Shown here one piece after another: positions 1 through 13,687 of a stretch of DNA of 64,000 nucleotides. The position numbers and the translations under genes are program-made. The stretch is from Basidiobolus meristosporus CBS 931.73 (lineage: Eukaryota > Fungi > Basidiobolomycota). The stretch is taken from positions 16,008 through 80,007 of the forward strand of contig MCFE01000408.1 in the NCBI GenBank assembly GCA_002104905.1, read 5' to 3'. Below the pieces are notes generated by a model. That model was not told the origin of the DNA, searched no databases, and worked only from the letters and a program-made list of their open reading frames with translations. Each line of letters opens with the position of its first letter. Position 1 is the first letter of the stretch.

Positions 1-59
1 TCACAAGAGTTGGAAGCGCAGCCAGATAAGCTACAATCTAGCAAGGTAGATGAGTTTGC

Positions 60-1958
60 TGAAAAAGGCAATTTGTCTACCACAGCCTCCATTGTTGACA
101 GAGTGGAGATCCCACTTACAGACAAGGCTACAATGTCAAGAGCTTAAAAGACTATAACAATGCCTTCAGTGGAGTTTTGGAACATTAATAGGCACACCAA
201 GAGGATGCAGCACTTCTTCAAGAGCAGTGCTCAGAAAATGCACTGGAATATTGCAAGGATTTATTGCAGAGACTGGCAGATGAGGAGCTAGACCTTGCAG
301 TGCTGGCTGAAGACCAGGACATGTGGGAACCGGTGAATGAATAGTGGCATAAAGCCATTGGGTTCCTGCCAAAGCTGTGGAACCAGAGAGTTACAGAAGA
401 AATACTTATTGAGTGGTGGATTTTAATGGAGTTACTTGTTGAGTGTGGGGTTGGGCTCAATGTTAGTGTAGAGTTTAGAGACTTGTATAGGTCAATACAA
501 TTGGCAATTGAGGTACAACTGAAGCTTCAACAGAAATAAATCAATATGTACACTGTAGTGAGGCCACAGTGACACCCACAGGCAGATGTGCTCATTCCCA
601 TACGTTCACTTCCCTAAAAAGGACTACCCCCCCCTATATCAGTATCATCCCAAATTGCAATATTTTCTATTGTGTCCATGTGATTATTACTATGCAACCT
701 GACAAACTATTTGTCACTATTAACCCATTGCACAAGCTATTCCTATTCCTTGCCAAGATGCCAAGATAAGATAGTTACCATATAAGGAAAGTACCCCCAA
801 CAGTTCCCATGTCATGTGACCATCTTGGTTTCATAAACCTTCTATCCTACTACCATAGGAGTCAACTACATGACACAGGGGTTTCATATTACCACTATCT
901 GATTGGCTAGATGCTACTATGTCTCATGGAACAATCCGCCAAGAATTTGCGCTATTTTTAGTACACAATGACATGATTGGCTGTCTGCTACCTTCTGGAA
1001 ACTTCCGGAAAGTATTTTCTAACAAGAATTTGAGCCGCAAAAAAAAGTATATAAGGGAGGCTATCCCTTGAAATAAATCATCCCTCTTCCAATATTCCAA
1101 CTTATTGATTAGTGAGACCACCGCAGCCTATTACCACTATTTTCTGACTCAGACCTGACAATACTGCCAGGAAACTGCGCTGACAGCCAACTGACCTTGG
1201 AGGCACTACTTGTGAGGAATACTCAGAGTAGGTATATTTTATTATATTTGATTGTTTTCCCAAGTTTGTTCTTGTACAGGCAAAGATACTTTTCAGTCTT
1301 TGTGACTATTGGTCAAAGCTGCATACTTATCAAGTCCCTGTTGGTGGAGTTTACAGTTGGTTTGACTTTGGAAGCTTTAGTACACTGTCATCTCAAAGGA
1401 TGTTGAAGCCATTATAAACTTTTGTTAAGACACCAACTAAGCTGGGGATTGTAGCTCAATAGTTTTCCCTTGACAAGCTTGAGGCTTTATCCCCCTTCAC
1501 ATTAGCTTAGACAAAAGACCCAGTATTCCTAGCAAGCTTTTGCCAGAGGTTATTGCACCCAGTGAACACCCCACACACATTCACGCTTAAGAAGTGTTGG
1601 CCATATTTTGCCCTTTGGACTTATACACCAACACAATGCATGAAAAGTAAGGGAAATGGTTGAGTCAGGAAGTTAGGAGTGTGAAAAAGAGGCAATAGCC
1701 AATCAATTCACAAAAACATAGGAGGCAATAGAGTGTCCAGGGTCAGAAAGTGAGCAAATAGGCAGGGAATCAATCAAAAGCCACTGATACATCATTGTGA
1801 TGAAAAATTTTGACAAAGTTTTTTGTGAAATCTGGGGTGCAATTATTTTTCAATGGTCTCTGGACAGTGTCCTGACAAGATTGGTACCTCTTAGTCATGG
1901 GACATTAGCTTTGTGATGGCCTTTTGAAGGGATCATCTCAATAATTTTTCATAGGGAG
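60..1958. repeat. Unclassified degenerate dispersed repeat (copy 1), interrupted by a ~1.2 kb unrelated segment (~410-1650)
   Basis: Segments ~70-410 and ~1650-1958 align by eye with the reverse complement of ~6240-6870. Shared blocks include ttggaacattaataggcacaccaagagg and ttttttgtgaaatctggggtgcaattatttt. The translations also match (ALEEVLHPLGVPINVP vs ALKEVLQPLGVPINVP). No protein family recognised. Confidence 0.6.
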
Positions 1959-1959
1959 G

Positions 1960-4945
1960 GTGAAGCTAGAAGACATCCCTAAGTCAGCATTCAGGACCAG
2001 ATATGGACATTACAAGTACTGAGTCATGAGTTTTGGCCTCACCAATGCCCCTGCAACATTCATGACCCTGATGCAGACTGTCTTCCAGGAGTACTTAGGC
2101 AAGTTTGTGATAATCTACTTAGATGATATATTGGTATACAGCAAGACAGAAGAGGATCACTTGGTGCACATTGAAAGGTCTTGAAGAAGCTAAGAGAGAA
2201 CAAGCTTTATGGCAAGCTACCTAAGTGTGAACTCTTTAAGGAACATGTTGAATATCTGAGACACATAGTGACTAGCGCAGGAGTAAACTTAGCCCCTAAG
2301 AAGGTTGAAGTTATCAAGAATCTGAAGCAGCCCCATAGCATGTCAGAGATCAGATCATTCCTTGGAATGGTTTCCTATTATTGTAGATTTGTCAAGTACT
2401 TTGCAAGTATTGCAGCCCCATTAACTGATATCCTCAAGAAAGACAATACCTGCAAGTAAGACATAACTTGTGAGACTGCCTTCCAGATGCTCAAGAATGA
2501 ACTTGCTAAGCTGTCAAGCTTAAGAATAGCTGACTTCAGAAAAGAGCTTACTGTTTGCACATATGCTTCAGAATATGCACTTGGTGGAGTACTGAGCCAA
2601 GAATTCGAGGGAAACAACTACCCAGCTGCTTTTGAGTCCAAGAAACTGAACTCAGCAGAACAAAACTATCCAGTTCATGAGAAGGAGATGCTTGCCTTAA
2701 TACACTGCTTGAAGACCTGGAGATGCTACATTGAACAAGTCAAGTGCACAGAGAAGACTGACCATGCCTCACACAAGTATATATTTACTCAGAAGGTACC
2801 CACCACAGAACAACAAGATGGAGTGAATACATTCAGCAATTTGACTTGGAGATTGTCTACTGCCCTGAGAAAAACATCACAGTTGCTGATGCCTTATCAA
2901 GACTAGAACAAGTTGCACAACCCAAGTTGGTGCATAAATCAGATTGTCCTAGCCTATTACCAAAATACTTGGAGGACCAGGCCATTCCTAATGATGTGGA
3001 CAAAGAGATCAAGAAGATAATCCAGGATGAAGCCAGCAAGTTTGTAGTACAGGAGGAAATGTGCTATCAAACTGTTGATCCAAGCCCTTTGTTGCTTACC
3101 TGGATTTAATAAATAAGCTACACATTTGATGTGGACATCTTGAAAATGAAGGAACCTATAGCCTTATGAAAGCCAGAGCATGGTGGCCAAGAATGAAACA
3201 AGATATTGAGTAGCTAGTGAAAACATGCCCAAATTGCCAAATCAACCATGACCAACCACTGAGAATTGCTGAACTCTTTCCCTTGGAGTCTCAGAAACCA
3301 TTTGAGATATGGGGAATTGACTTCATTGGACAACTACCAACCACCAGGAAATGTAACCATTGGCTCCTAGTAGCAATTGACCATGCCACTAAATGGCCAG
3401 TGGCTAGAGCAGTACCTGTAGCCAGTAAGCAAGTAGTTGCATGTTTCATCTACCATGAGATTCTTGTGAAGTTTGAATGCCCTCTAGTGATTTATTCAAT
3501 AGAGTAGTAAACTCTTTGGCAAAGTTGTTGCAAGCTTACCTGGAAATGCAGCAGATCAAATGCTTAAAACCTCAGTATATCACTCTATAACTAATGTGGT
3601 CACTGGGTGGTTTAATGGATTATTTAGAAAAATGCTGACCATATATGCAAATGGAGCTGTCAGTAGATGTGATGAGTATATAGACCAAGAATCTTTTGCC
3701 TGCAGAGTTAGAATGCACAACACCACCCAACAATTGCCAGTTTACATAGTATTTGGATGTGAACCAGGGATTCCTGGAGATCTCATGCAATCAAAACTTT
3801 CACACACCTTAGAAGATGAGCACAGTCAGCCAAGTAGACACCAGCAACTGGGACAAAGACATCAAGAGGCACAGGTCAAAGTATCTTAGAGTGCGGAAAA
3901 GATGAAGCAGAGATTTGATAAGACTATATCACCAGAAGCATTGATAGTTGGGAACTTTGTATTACTGTGAGACAACACTTGAAAGAAGTTTAAGCCACAA
4001 CAGAAAGGACCATTCAAGATCATCAGAGAGTGTCCATTAGCAACTTACCAACTTGTGGACAAACAAGGGACTTGTTGAAATATTGGACTATCTGGTATCA
4101 TTCAGCAGCTAAGAATTTACTTAACAATTCTGAACTAGTCTTGGTCACTGTGAAACTAACTTACAGCCCCAACTTTGCCAGTTTCTTCAGATCTATGATC
4201 CTATGATTATTCTCCTATAGTCAAGTTCAAACTAACACTTTTACCTAACATTATGTACTAACCCTGTAACTGTTACAAAATACTCCTGAATGTTGAGAAA
4301 CCCTCCCCACTTGGTGTTACAGCTGTATTATTTCTGCAAAGGTAGAAATCCTGACCCCCTTTATGAATAAACAACAGTTCAACTATTATCACTATTTCAT
4401 GAAAGGTTTTTTTTATCCAAATCACCTCTTGAATTGCAACAGGAATATATGGGAAGATTATGTTCATGGAGACAAACTCAAGCTTGCTAGACTTGTTGAC
4501 AAACTGAACCATCAAGATATTGGAATCATAAGAAAAGAGATTTAGGAGAACCCTCTCAACTTTAGTAGGGGAGAATGTTATGACATACCGCTTGAATGTT
4601 TAAGTTAGCTCAATCTAGCTAAATCAATTAGTGGTATGCTTAGCCTATCAGTATATAATGTTATCTATCAAATCAGTAGCATTAGTAAGCAAATGAATCA
4701 GCAGATACTTCTCAGACAGAAATAGATATCTTGAATAGGCTCTTTGGGGTGATTGTGATGCAATCAAATGAGTCATCAGCCATGATCCACTATAGGAAAT
4801 ACAATTAGTCAGCATTGATCAGGCAAGATGTGTATGAAGAACTGCTGGAACCTCAATAAAAATCAGTTCAAGTTTTAGTAAGTACAATACTAGCTATCTC
4901 TCTATTCCTCTACAACTCTTATGCCAAGACTTGTAACATATAACA
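1960..4945 (+). mobile_element. 5'-truncated, degenerate Ty3/gypsy LTR retrotransposon (RT-RNaseH-integrase relics, PPT, 3' LTR ~4576-4945)
   Basis: RT motifs [23 protein letters not shown] and YLDDIL. RNase H motifs YASEYALGGVLSQ and NYPVHEKEMLAL. Integrase motifs PFEIWGIDFIG and KWPVARAV. Many stops and frameshifts. Purine tract agtaggggagaa precedes TGTTAT at 4576, and the LTR ends ATAACA at 4945. Confidence 0.88.
4073..4441 (+). mobile_element. Solo LTR of copia family A inserted in the gypsy integrase
   Basis: TGTTGA...TTGCAACA, homologous to the reverse complement of 7162-7531. Flanks GGACT/GGAAT look like a 5-bp TSD with one mismatch. The gypsy integrase reading resumes afterwards (DYVHGDKLKL). 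Confidence 0.8.
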
Positions 4946-6239
4946 TGTGGGAGTTTCTACAATTGCATTAGTTTTCTTATGCATTTTGTATAAGGCCAGG
5001 CTGATGCCAAAACACTTATGGATCATCTGCAATATTGGTGCAGCTATTTGATTTGTTTTGCAGCTACTCAACTAATGGTATGCTAGCTGTGACACCTTGT
5101 CCAATCACTAAGAAGTGGGATTTACCAGCTGTATAGCCAAATTGGGATATTTAATGACAAATCAGATAGCTTGTGCATTGGTTAATGCGTCAATTGGGAG
5201 CTCAAAGCTTCAGCATACTGTATCAAAGTACTATGGGCACCCTGGTTAAAAAGGGCTCATAATAGAACTGCCATGATTTTGTGGCGCAAAATTGGACTTG
5301 CATTTCCTGAATATCTATATCTTACCACACGGTAGCACTTTTGGGACTGTCTCTGCTAATGGTGGTTAGAATAAGGTTCTTTAGTTTACTATTTCTCCAA
5401 GGTGAGATTTTTTTGCCTAGTAGTAACTCTACCAGTATAAGCTTGGCTACATCTAATGAAGGTAATGCCAACAATATGAGCACTTTAGGTCTTATGCTCA
5501 TGCTGGAGACTGTTAGGCAAGTAGGTAACTAATAAGTATACATTCCAATTTGTTAACTGTGGGGTTCAGGCAGATAGGATGTGGTGGATGCACTACCTTG
5601 CATTTAGTCCTGTGAAAGATATTTTGGTCCTGTTGGTGGATCTATATCAGATATTGAAAATTGCTACTCTTGTAAAAATCAAAATTTAACAGATACTACA
5701 ACATCTTTATACAGGCCTTTTGTGAATCTTATAGGGTCAGAAGCAGAAGCAGTCTTCTATATCTATCACCAAAAATGTAGCACAATATTACATCTGTTCA
5801 GTCAGCTCAGCAATGAGGGTTCCAGAAGCAGTAAAGGAAATGATAATAAAAAAAAGCCCACCCAAGCTGAAGACAGGGTAGTGAAAAGAAAAGGCTGCAG
5901 TGCTTGGCAATAAATGCCATCTGCCAAGAAGGATTATGAATACAATACCTGCCATTCTTAAAAGATATTTAAGTGGAACCAGTCAAACTATGCTACACAA
6001 AACTGATGAACATTTGGAGAAAGGCACTTCTTCTGTCACAGTCTCTATATTCTCTGCTGACAACCAAAGGTAGCTTCTGTCAGTGAGTAAACCTACATTG
6101 TCAGAAAGCTGTATAGTCAACATGGTGTCTACAGTGGAAGCTTGAAAGCATTTTGTATACCAAGAGGTTTGAGTACCATTTCCAGAGTAGCAGCAAAGAG
6201 AATATAAATGCATGCAGCAAGGACCTATTGCAAAGACTG

Positions 6240-7160
6240 CCCTATGAAGAATTATTGTGATGATCCCATCAAAAGGCTGTCACAAAGCTGAAGTTCTGTG
6301 ACTAAGAGGTATCAATCCTATTTGGATGCAATAAAAGGACCATTAGAAAATAATTGCACCCCAGATTTCACAAAAAACTAGGTCAACATTGTTTATCACA
6401 ATAACACATAAGTGGCTTTTGATTGAATCCCTGCTAATTCTTTTACTTTCTGGCCCCAGACATTCAATCACCTTGTATATATGTGTATACTCACTGGCTG
6501 TTGCCTCTCCTTCACGTTCTTTACTTATTGACTCAACCAATTCTTGTATTTCTGCTCTGACTCACCTTTTCCATGACTTTGGCAGAAATCCTGCAGCTTT
6601 ATGCTACTGCTCTTACACAGGTTCCCATAGGTCCTGATCCTCAGCCAGCACTGCATGGTATAACACCTGATATGGCAATATTCAAGTCTGCTAACTTGTG
6701 GACTGCTCTCAAAGAAGTGCTGCAACCTCTTGGTGTGCCTATTAATGTTCCAAACTTCACTGTAGGCGTTGTGATAGTCTTATGAGTTCTTGATATTGTT
6801 GCTTTATATGTCAGTAGGACCTCTGCTCTTTCTACAATGGAGGATGTGGAGGCAATTGTAGACAAGCTACTTTTCTCTGCTCCTGGGCTACTGAGCTCTG
6901 TGTCCTCCTTGATGAATGCTGCAGCAATGTATCTGTTTCTACCTGCCTGTCCCTTGGTGGAACTCTTCTGGTTACCTGATATTTCATTGATGCTTGTTTG
7001 GAGTTTTGAGCCTTGATTGTGAGAAGCTCTTGAGGAAGCTGCTGGCTTTTAGCCATGGCACCCATATATCTCTGCTTTTCATAGCTTCTGCTATTCTTGA
7101 GATATCATCTTCTCATTCCAATGCTGTCCCAAACTCCACTTGCTTACTTGAATCCAGGAT
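6240..7160. repeat. Unclassified degenerate dispersed repeat (copy 2, inverted relative to copy 1)
   Basis: Reverse-complement similarity to 70-410 and 1650-1958. The ORF remnants 6343-6540, 6573-6785 and 6641-6865 are broken by stops. Confidence 0.6.
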
Positions 7161-7612
7161 ATGTTGCAATTTACAAGGTAATTTATATATAAGGAGCTTA
7201 TCAAGAAATAGTGACAATAGTTGAACTGTTGTTTATTCATAAGGAGGCTCAATATTGATACTGTTGTAGAAGTAATAAAACTGTAACACCAAGTAAGGAG
7301 AGCTTCTCAATCCTCAGGAGCATTCTGTAATAGTGTCAGGGTTAGTACATAATGCTTGGTAAAAGTGCTTATTTGATCTTAAATATAAGGGAGTAATCAT
7401 ATGATTGTACATCTGAGGAAAGTGGGAAAGTTAGGATTGTAAGTTAGTCCTAGAGTGACCAATACTAGTCCAAAATTGTAAAGTACATTTTTAACTGCTG
7501 AATGATATCAAATAGTGAAATAACTCAACACTCCCCCTCAGATAAATAGTTTCTTAATCCTGATTCTTTTCTGAGATTCTCAAACTGAGGTATAGCTAGT
7601 GGTTCTGTCAAT

Positions 7613-7822
7613 AGACTTGTTCCATCATTCCAGCTGATCATAGTGCCAATAGTGCCATAGCATGCCAGATGGTGCCTGATCATGCCACAGAGTGCCAGAT
7701 GGTGCCATACAGTGCCAATTTGGGATCAAAATTGACATGCATATGACCCTAAAATATCAAATTAATAACAAAATATACAGCACTCTCTGGCACTATGATC
7801 AATGGCACAATGGAACAAGTCT
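7613..7822. mobile_element. 210-bp MITE with 13-bp terminal inverted repeats (AGACTTGTTCCAT) and a 3-bp AAT target duplication
   Basis: The TIRs are perfect and AAT flanks both ends (7610-12, 7823-25). Removing the element restores the copia RNase H reading ADILTEPLA. It carries multiple internal GTGCCA/TGGCAC subterminal motifs. Confidence 0.88.
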
Positions 7823-10800
7823 AATATATCTGCCCCCATTTTGTCAGTTGGACAGTAAACTAACTCTATCAAGTTATTTTCTACAGCATCCCTCACAGAG
7901 AGGTGTTGTATATCTATGTGCTTAGTTCTGTCATAGTTAGTGGGATTCCTAGCTAGTGAAATACAACTTTGATTATTCTTGTAAATACATGTTGGTTTAT
8001 CTGAATTAATACCCAAGTCTTTGAATGACCTTTATAGCCATTTAGCCTCCTTAGTTGCTTGACAAGCAGCTCTATACTCAGCTTCAGTTATAGATAGAGC
8101 CATAGTTAGTTGTTTCTTGCAAATCCAAGAAATAGCTGCCCCTGCATAAGTTTTGCCTATTAACTGCTCCATAATATTCAAGAAACACATTTAAGGTACC
8201 CTGAAGATATTTGAAAATCCACTTAACGGCTGTAATTTGATCTGATCAATGATTTTGCATGAGTTGACTCACTATTACAACTGCCACTGCAATAAATGGG
8301 CATGTAGACACCATCAAGTACATTAGGCCACAGACCATTGATTGATAAGGAAAACTTTTGCTAATATTTGAGCCGTGTTTACCTACAACTGGCAGAGATT
8401 TGCTCAGTTTCAGGTTATTGTCCATGGGGGTGTCTGCAGATGCCAAATTTCAGTTCAATTCCAATAAAATGGCTCAATTTTCCAAGATCTTTCATCTCAA
8501 ACTTGCTGAAGAGATCTGAACTTGTCCGTTTAAGTGCCTCCTGGCCACTTGTAGATACTATTAGGTTATCCACATAAAAAACTAGGATGATCAAACCCTT
8601 TTTAGCTGTTTCATATATATAATATGATCTGCAGTGCTACAAATGCACCCAATCTTGTCTAGATATGTGTCAATCTTGTTGTACCATGCTCTAGGTGCCT
8701 GCTTAAGCCAATACAATGGTTTCCTAAGTCTGCACACCCTGTGGGGACCTTTTGGATTGGTAATACTTTCCAGTTGCTCCATATATCTAGTTTCTTGCAG
8801 ATCCCCATTTAGAAAGGTTATTTTGACTTCCAATTGGTGTAGATCTAGCCTGCATACAGCTGCCAGGGCTAGAACTGTCCCACTAAAGTTAAACTTGGCA
8901 ACCAGAGCAAATGCTTTGTTAAAGTACAGTCCCCAGATTTGGGAATAGCCTCTAGCCACCAATCTAGCCTTGTACATATCAATGGCACCATTTGAGGTTA
9001 TCTTAATCTTGTAGACCCATCCACATCCTATTGGCTTTCTCCCACTTGATGAATCTACAGTCCCCATGTTTTGCACTGATCAGTGATTGGTATTCCTCCA
9101 GCATGACTTGTTGCCACATTGTAGCATCTGGGCTTTGCATTGCCTGTTCCAGATTCTGAGGTTTGGCATAAAAGGCAAGATGAGCTGCTTCATGACCACT
9201 GGATATGTGCCACCAGGATCCAGGGGCATTTTGTATTCTGGTAGTTCTTCCAACTGAGATAATCTGCTCTGATCTGGAACTGGTGGAATTATCCACTGTA
9301 TCTGGCTGAACTAGGTATGTATCTTCTTCATCAGTGTTGATTGCATCATCAGGCCGCTTGCTATTGACTACAGTACCTTTCTGATCTGAATTCTCCTCAT
9401 ATAAAACATCCCTGCTCTTGATCAGCTTCTGAGTTTTGCCATCATACACCCTGTACCCTTTAGTATCATCACAATTCCCAAAATATCCTTTTTCTACTCT
9501 TTGGTTCCAACTGTGACAATTGTTTGTCAGGGATGTGATAAAAAGCATTACTTCCAAAGTTCTGGAGGTGCAGGAGGTCTGGTTTTTTGCTTGTGTATGC
9601 TTCAAAGATTGCAGAGTCATGTGGTGCTGTTGTTGGGTGTTGATTCATGGTGTATACCACCATAGCAGCAGATTCAGCCCAAAACCTGTAGTGTATCCCC
9701 ATATCATATAGCATGGACCTTGTCATCTCTACTATGGCTCAATTAGCATGTTTTGCTACTCCATTTTGCTGTGGAGTATGTGGAACAGTGGTTTGTTGAA
9801 GTATACCAGTAGAAGAGCAGTATTTTGTCAACTCCTTTCAGTAGTATACCCCTCCATTGTCAATTCAAAGTACCTTCAATTTAAACCCAGTTTGTGCTTC
9901 CACCATGTTCTTGAAGTGCTTAAATGTCTCCAATGCCTCATCCTTTGTCTTGAGGCGGTAAACCCATATATATCTTGTGTTGTCATCAATAAACATCATA
10001 AAGTATCTCTTGGCTCCAAAAGACAGTGTTCTCATGGGCCCACATATGTCTGAGTGCACAATAGCCAGTATTTTGGTGGTGTTGATGCCTCCTGAGCTCC
10101 CAATATGTTGTCTAGATTGTTTGCCATATGAACATCCCTTACAAATATTCAACTTGACTAGAATAGAGTAATATAGGTCCAAAACAAGTTGATATCTTAC
10201 TAATTGGCTCATTTTCTGTTTCCCATTGTGTCCTTGCCTCCTGTACCACATCTTCCAGTGAGTGTCATCAGTTTCTGCAATGTTGACATACCCAGGTACA
10301 ATGATCTTGCATTGTAACATGTATATACTGTTTTCTCTGATTCCCAAAGCTAATTTTAGTCCATATCCACTCAATATTGCGCAGCCCAGCTTAGTAAAAG
10401 CAAATTTTAGTCCCTGAGTAGTTGCTTTACTGACTAAGCATAAGTTCTTAGCTACTCCAGGCACATTGAGTAGGTTGGTCAATTATACTGTTGTTGCCCC
10501 TGAGATATCACTCATATTTAGCTGTATAGACCCACAGGCAGTAGCTTCCAGTGAAGAGTTGTCTCCCAGATTAACCTTTCTTACAGAAACAGTTTTTAAG
10601 TTGCTGAACCACTCCTTTATACTGCAAATATGCTGCAATGCACAAGAGTCAAAATACCATTCATTAATTTGGCTACTTACACTCTCTTGTACCGTTGCAA
10701 ATAACTGCTCATCAGTAGTTGCATGGTTTGCCTGCTCTAGTTTCTGTTTCTTGACCGCTTGTTTCTTCTTGCATTCTCTTGCCCAGTATCATGACTTCTT

Positions 10801-11518
10801 GCAGTAGTTACAGCAACCAGGTTTTCTTCAGTTTTGTTGCTTTCCCTTTTTTTTGTGTGCCTTTCTGAGCTGAATAAAGTATTATCTTCAATTCTCCCTG
10901 CTTGATTGTTACTTCTGAGTACTTCATGGGAAAGTCTTCCTTTGATATAGTCTAAAGTCAGATTGTCTTCTCTGCTTTCATAAGAAAATATGAGTGGCTC
11001 CTACTTGTATAGTAAGCTGCTAACCAGGCAGATTATTATTTTGTCATCATCTATACCAGCTTTATTACTGTATATTTCTTCTGAAAGTGTCTCCATTTGG
11101 TGATGAGTTGTAGCATGTCATCATATGGCTTCTCCCTCATGTAGAGGAACTTTTATTTCAAATAAAGCTTGCTTGAAACTGAATTTGCTCTAAAGATCTT
11201 CTCCAAGGCTTCCCATGCTGTTTTGGCAGTATTTGAAGCGTGAATTAGTCCAATGGAGGAATTTTGCATCTTGATACATATGGCATTAAAGGCTCTTCTC
11301 TTCTTTTCTTGAAGCTTCTCCACTTCTTCTGCTGCTGTTTTGGGCTCAACATCTCTTCCTGTTACTAAGTTCCAAATCATTCTTTGCTCAAGGTGGATCT
11401 GCATCTTTATTCTCCAAAGTCTTTAGTTTTTCCCATCAAATCTCTCCTTTACAGGCAAGATGTTTATATAGTTCTGTTTGCTGGTAGATGTCATCCCTTG
11501 AATAGATAAAGGCAATTG

Positions 11519-11530
11519 GGGCTCATAACC
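11519..11530 (-). promoter_or_regulatory. Copia A primer-binding site GGTTATGAGCCC, complementary to the tRNAiMet anticodon arm
   Basis: It sits directly internal to the 5' LTR on the minus strand. The forward strand reads GGGCTCATAACC, the anticodon stem-loop sequence of initiator tRNA-Met. Confidence 0.85.
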
Positions 11531-12364
11531 TGTTGCAATTTATGAAGTGATTTGGATATAGAAACTTATCAAGAAATAGTGATAATTGTTGAGCTTTTGT
11601 TTATTCATAAGGAGGCTCATTATTTATACCTCTGTAGAAGCAATATAACTGTAACACCAGGTAAGGAGAGCTTCTCAGCACCCAAGAGAATTCTGTAGCA
11701 GTTTCAAGGTTAGTAGATAATAAACTTGTACCATTGGATAGTGCCACAGAGTGCTAGCCTGTGTATGGTGCCAGATTGATCTGGCACTCTATGGCACTAT
11801 CCAGCACTAAAATATCTACCATAATGCCAGGGGTAGGATATAGTAACTGATAACTTTACTTGATCTTACTTATGTTGCTCAGAATAGTGCTTTCTGTGCT
11901 TTATTTACTCTTCATAATGCTCAGGACACATTTCTCTCAGTGGATGTCTTCTTGTATAGATAGACTTTGCATTAATAAGTATCTTGACTATTTTACCTAT
12001 TCTGCTGTTTTCTCCTATATGCAACTTTCCTCTGTATTTACCAGCCAATATGCTGAATCTCTTCAGATATCCAAATGTATGCTCTACCCTCAATCTGAAA
12101 TGATTCAGTATCTCATTGTAGAGCTTCTGCTTCATACTAAGCACACCATTTCCTGGCTTCCCATCAGCTGTAACACATCCTAATTGCTAACAATTCCCTC
12201 CTATATAAGCTAAGTCTGCCATACATTTATCCCCTCTACTGAATTATGAATGATTCTCCACCCAGAGTGCTTTGACATGCCTGCTTCCAGCAAATGGCCC
12301 ACCAAGCCAGATGATGTTACCCTCAATGTCAGATAGTGCTTGAAGCTTTACACAGTGTGCCTTG

Positions 12365-12750
12365 TGTGAGTACTCAATGTAGTACCCACTCTTTGCCCAA
12401 GAGTTCTCCCAAGAGTTCCCTCCAGAGTCCTACCCAAAGTCCTCCAGTACCCTCCCTATGATTCCCCAACGCGTCCTCCCCTCCTATCCCTGCCCTTATC
12501 TAGTTAGAACACTTACCATAACAGGAAGGTGTTCACACCCCTATTTTATGACACATTATCTATTGTCTAAGCCCCCCAAGTGATATATATATCTACCCAA
12601 TTGAACCAGGAAGAACAACAAGATTTGGACGAAATAAACAGAAGTCTTTATTACCTTGCTACCTTCTATCGGAAGCTATTCTGAACCAAGTGGTACTGAC
12701 TTGACCTACAAGCTCTCCCACTCACCAAGTACAGTCAGTAATAACCCACA
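12365..12750 (+). repeat. 5' LTR of the young gypsy element
   Basis: Direct repeat of 18751-19136 with TG...CA termini. Confidence 0.97.
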
Positions 12751-12754
12751 TATT

Positions 12755-12771
12755 TGGTGCCGTCTCTGCGG
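12755..12771 (+). promoter_or_regulatory. Primer-binding site TGGTGCCGTCTCTGCGG (tRNA 3' end ...GACGGCACCA, possibly tRNA-His)
   Basis: Starts with TGG 4 nt after the LTR. The tRNA identity is inferred from the GGCA-CCA end. Confidence 0.7.
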
Positions 12772-12791
12772 AAATAAGCACAAGTGAGGTA

Positions 12792-13664
12792 ATGACTACT
12801 ACAATCAAACTAAAAACATACAAGGGAAAGAGAGAGAAAGCCCTTGAGTGGTTCGATAAGTTTGAGAGAGTTGCGGTTGATGCAGGATGGGACAACGATA
12901 AGAAAGTAAGAGAGTTCGCAAGACATATGGAAGGGTCAGCATGGCAATGGCATTATGGGTTGGAAGACGCAGTCAAAGACAACTGGGATGCACTAGAAGA
13001 AGCCTACAAGACACGCTTTCTATATGCCAAAGGATACCACTACGAAGCCCTTCTACTGTCCTCGCGGAAGAAAAGCAGTGAAAGCTATGAAGCCTACACT
13101 GAACTGTTTCTCCAACGAGTTTGATGTCTCCCGAAGGACAAAATCGCCGAACAACAGCTCATGAGGTATTACATCATGGGCTTAGACAACGAAATAAGAC
13201 GTAGGGCGTCCGAAGAACAACAGGGATGTAAAACGTTGCAAGAGTTGGTCAAACGAGTACGAGGGGTCATCTTGCTATGGGGGCTACCCTATAGTGATAC
13301 AAATGATCAAAGGACAGGGATCCCCTGTAAGAAAGGAAAAATCGCCTCCCCAAAAGACCGTGAGTTAGAGGAATTACGGCGAAAGGTCCAAGAACTCTCG
13401 ATCAACAATGTCCAAGAAGTCCCCAAAGAAGGTGATAAACTCTGGGAAGCTGTCGTAGATCTAAAGGCCCAGGTTCAAGTCCTGACCCAACAGATGGAAC
13501 AACCGCGACAACAGTATCCGTGTTATGTGTGTGGAGAAGTAGGTCACCGGGCCCATGAATGTGAAAAACGGTACGGAAGAGAAGCCGTACCAAACACAAA
13601 AGAGAAGAAGGCGTCAAAAGACAGAGTCCCTCGCCAGGAGGCCAACGGGACTCAGTCAATCTAA
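12792..13664 (+). pseudogene. gag: gag with one premature TGA at 13122-13124
   Basis: ORFs 12792-13124 and 13161-13664 share a frame. Retrotransposon capsid-like region (WFDKFERVA...W) and a CCHC knuckle (CYVCGEVGHRAHEC). Confidence 0.9.
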
Positions 13665-13687
13665 GCCCTCCGGTCAGGACAATCGAA

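Larger units (their letters stand above)
7162..11721 (-). mobile_element. Degenerate Ty1/copia retrotransposon, family A (3' LTR 7162-7531; partial 5' LTR 11531-11721)
   Basis: Gag relic at 11153-11404 (TAKTAWEALEKIF). Integrase at 9865-10482 (IVHSDICGP, FIDDNTRYIW). RT at 8591-9076 (YKARLVARGYSQ, LKQAPRAWY). RNase H near 7830-8100 (RTKHIDIQH). PPT gaggggag lies next to the 3' LTR. The two LTRs share TGTTGCAA...cttatcaagaaatagtga...gtttattcataaggaggctca. Confidence 0.92.

Noticed and set aside
924-1121. LEYWK-containing ORF as a hAT dimerisation domain
   Set aside because: The downstream hAT signature (S...ER.FS) is absent and no TIR or 8-bp TSD was found.
7620-7810. Repeated GTGCCA units as a CRISPR array or satellite
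   Set aside because: Spacing is irregular with no constant repeat-spacer period. The units lie inside TIRs and a TSD, so they are MITE subterminal motifs in eukaryotic DNA.
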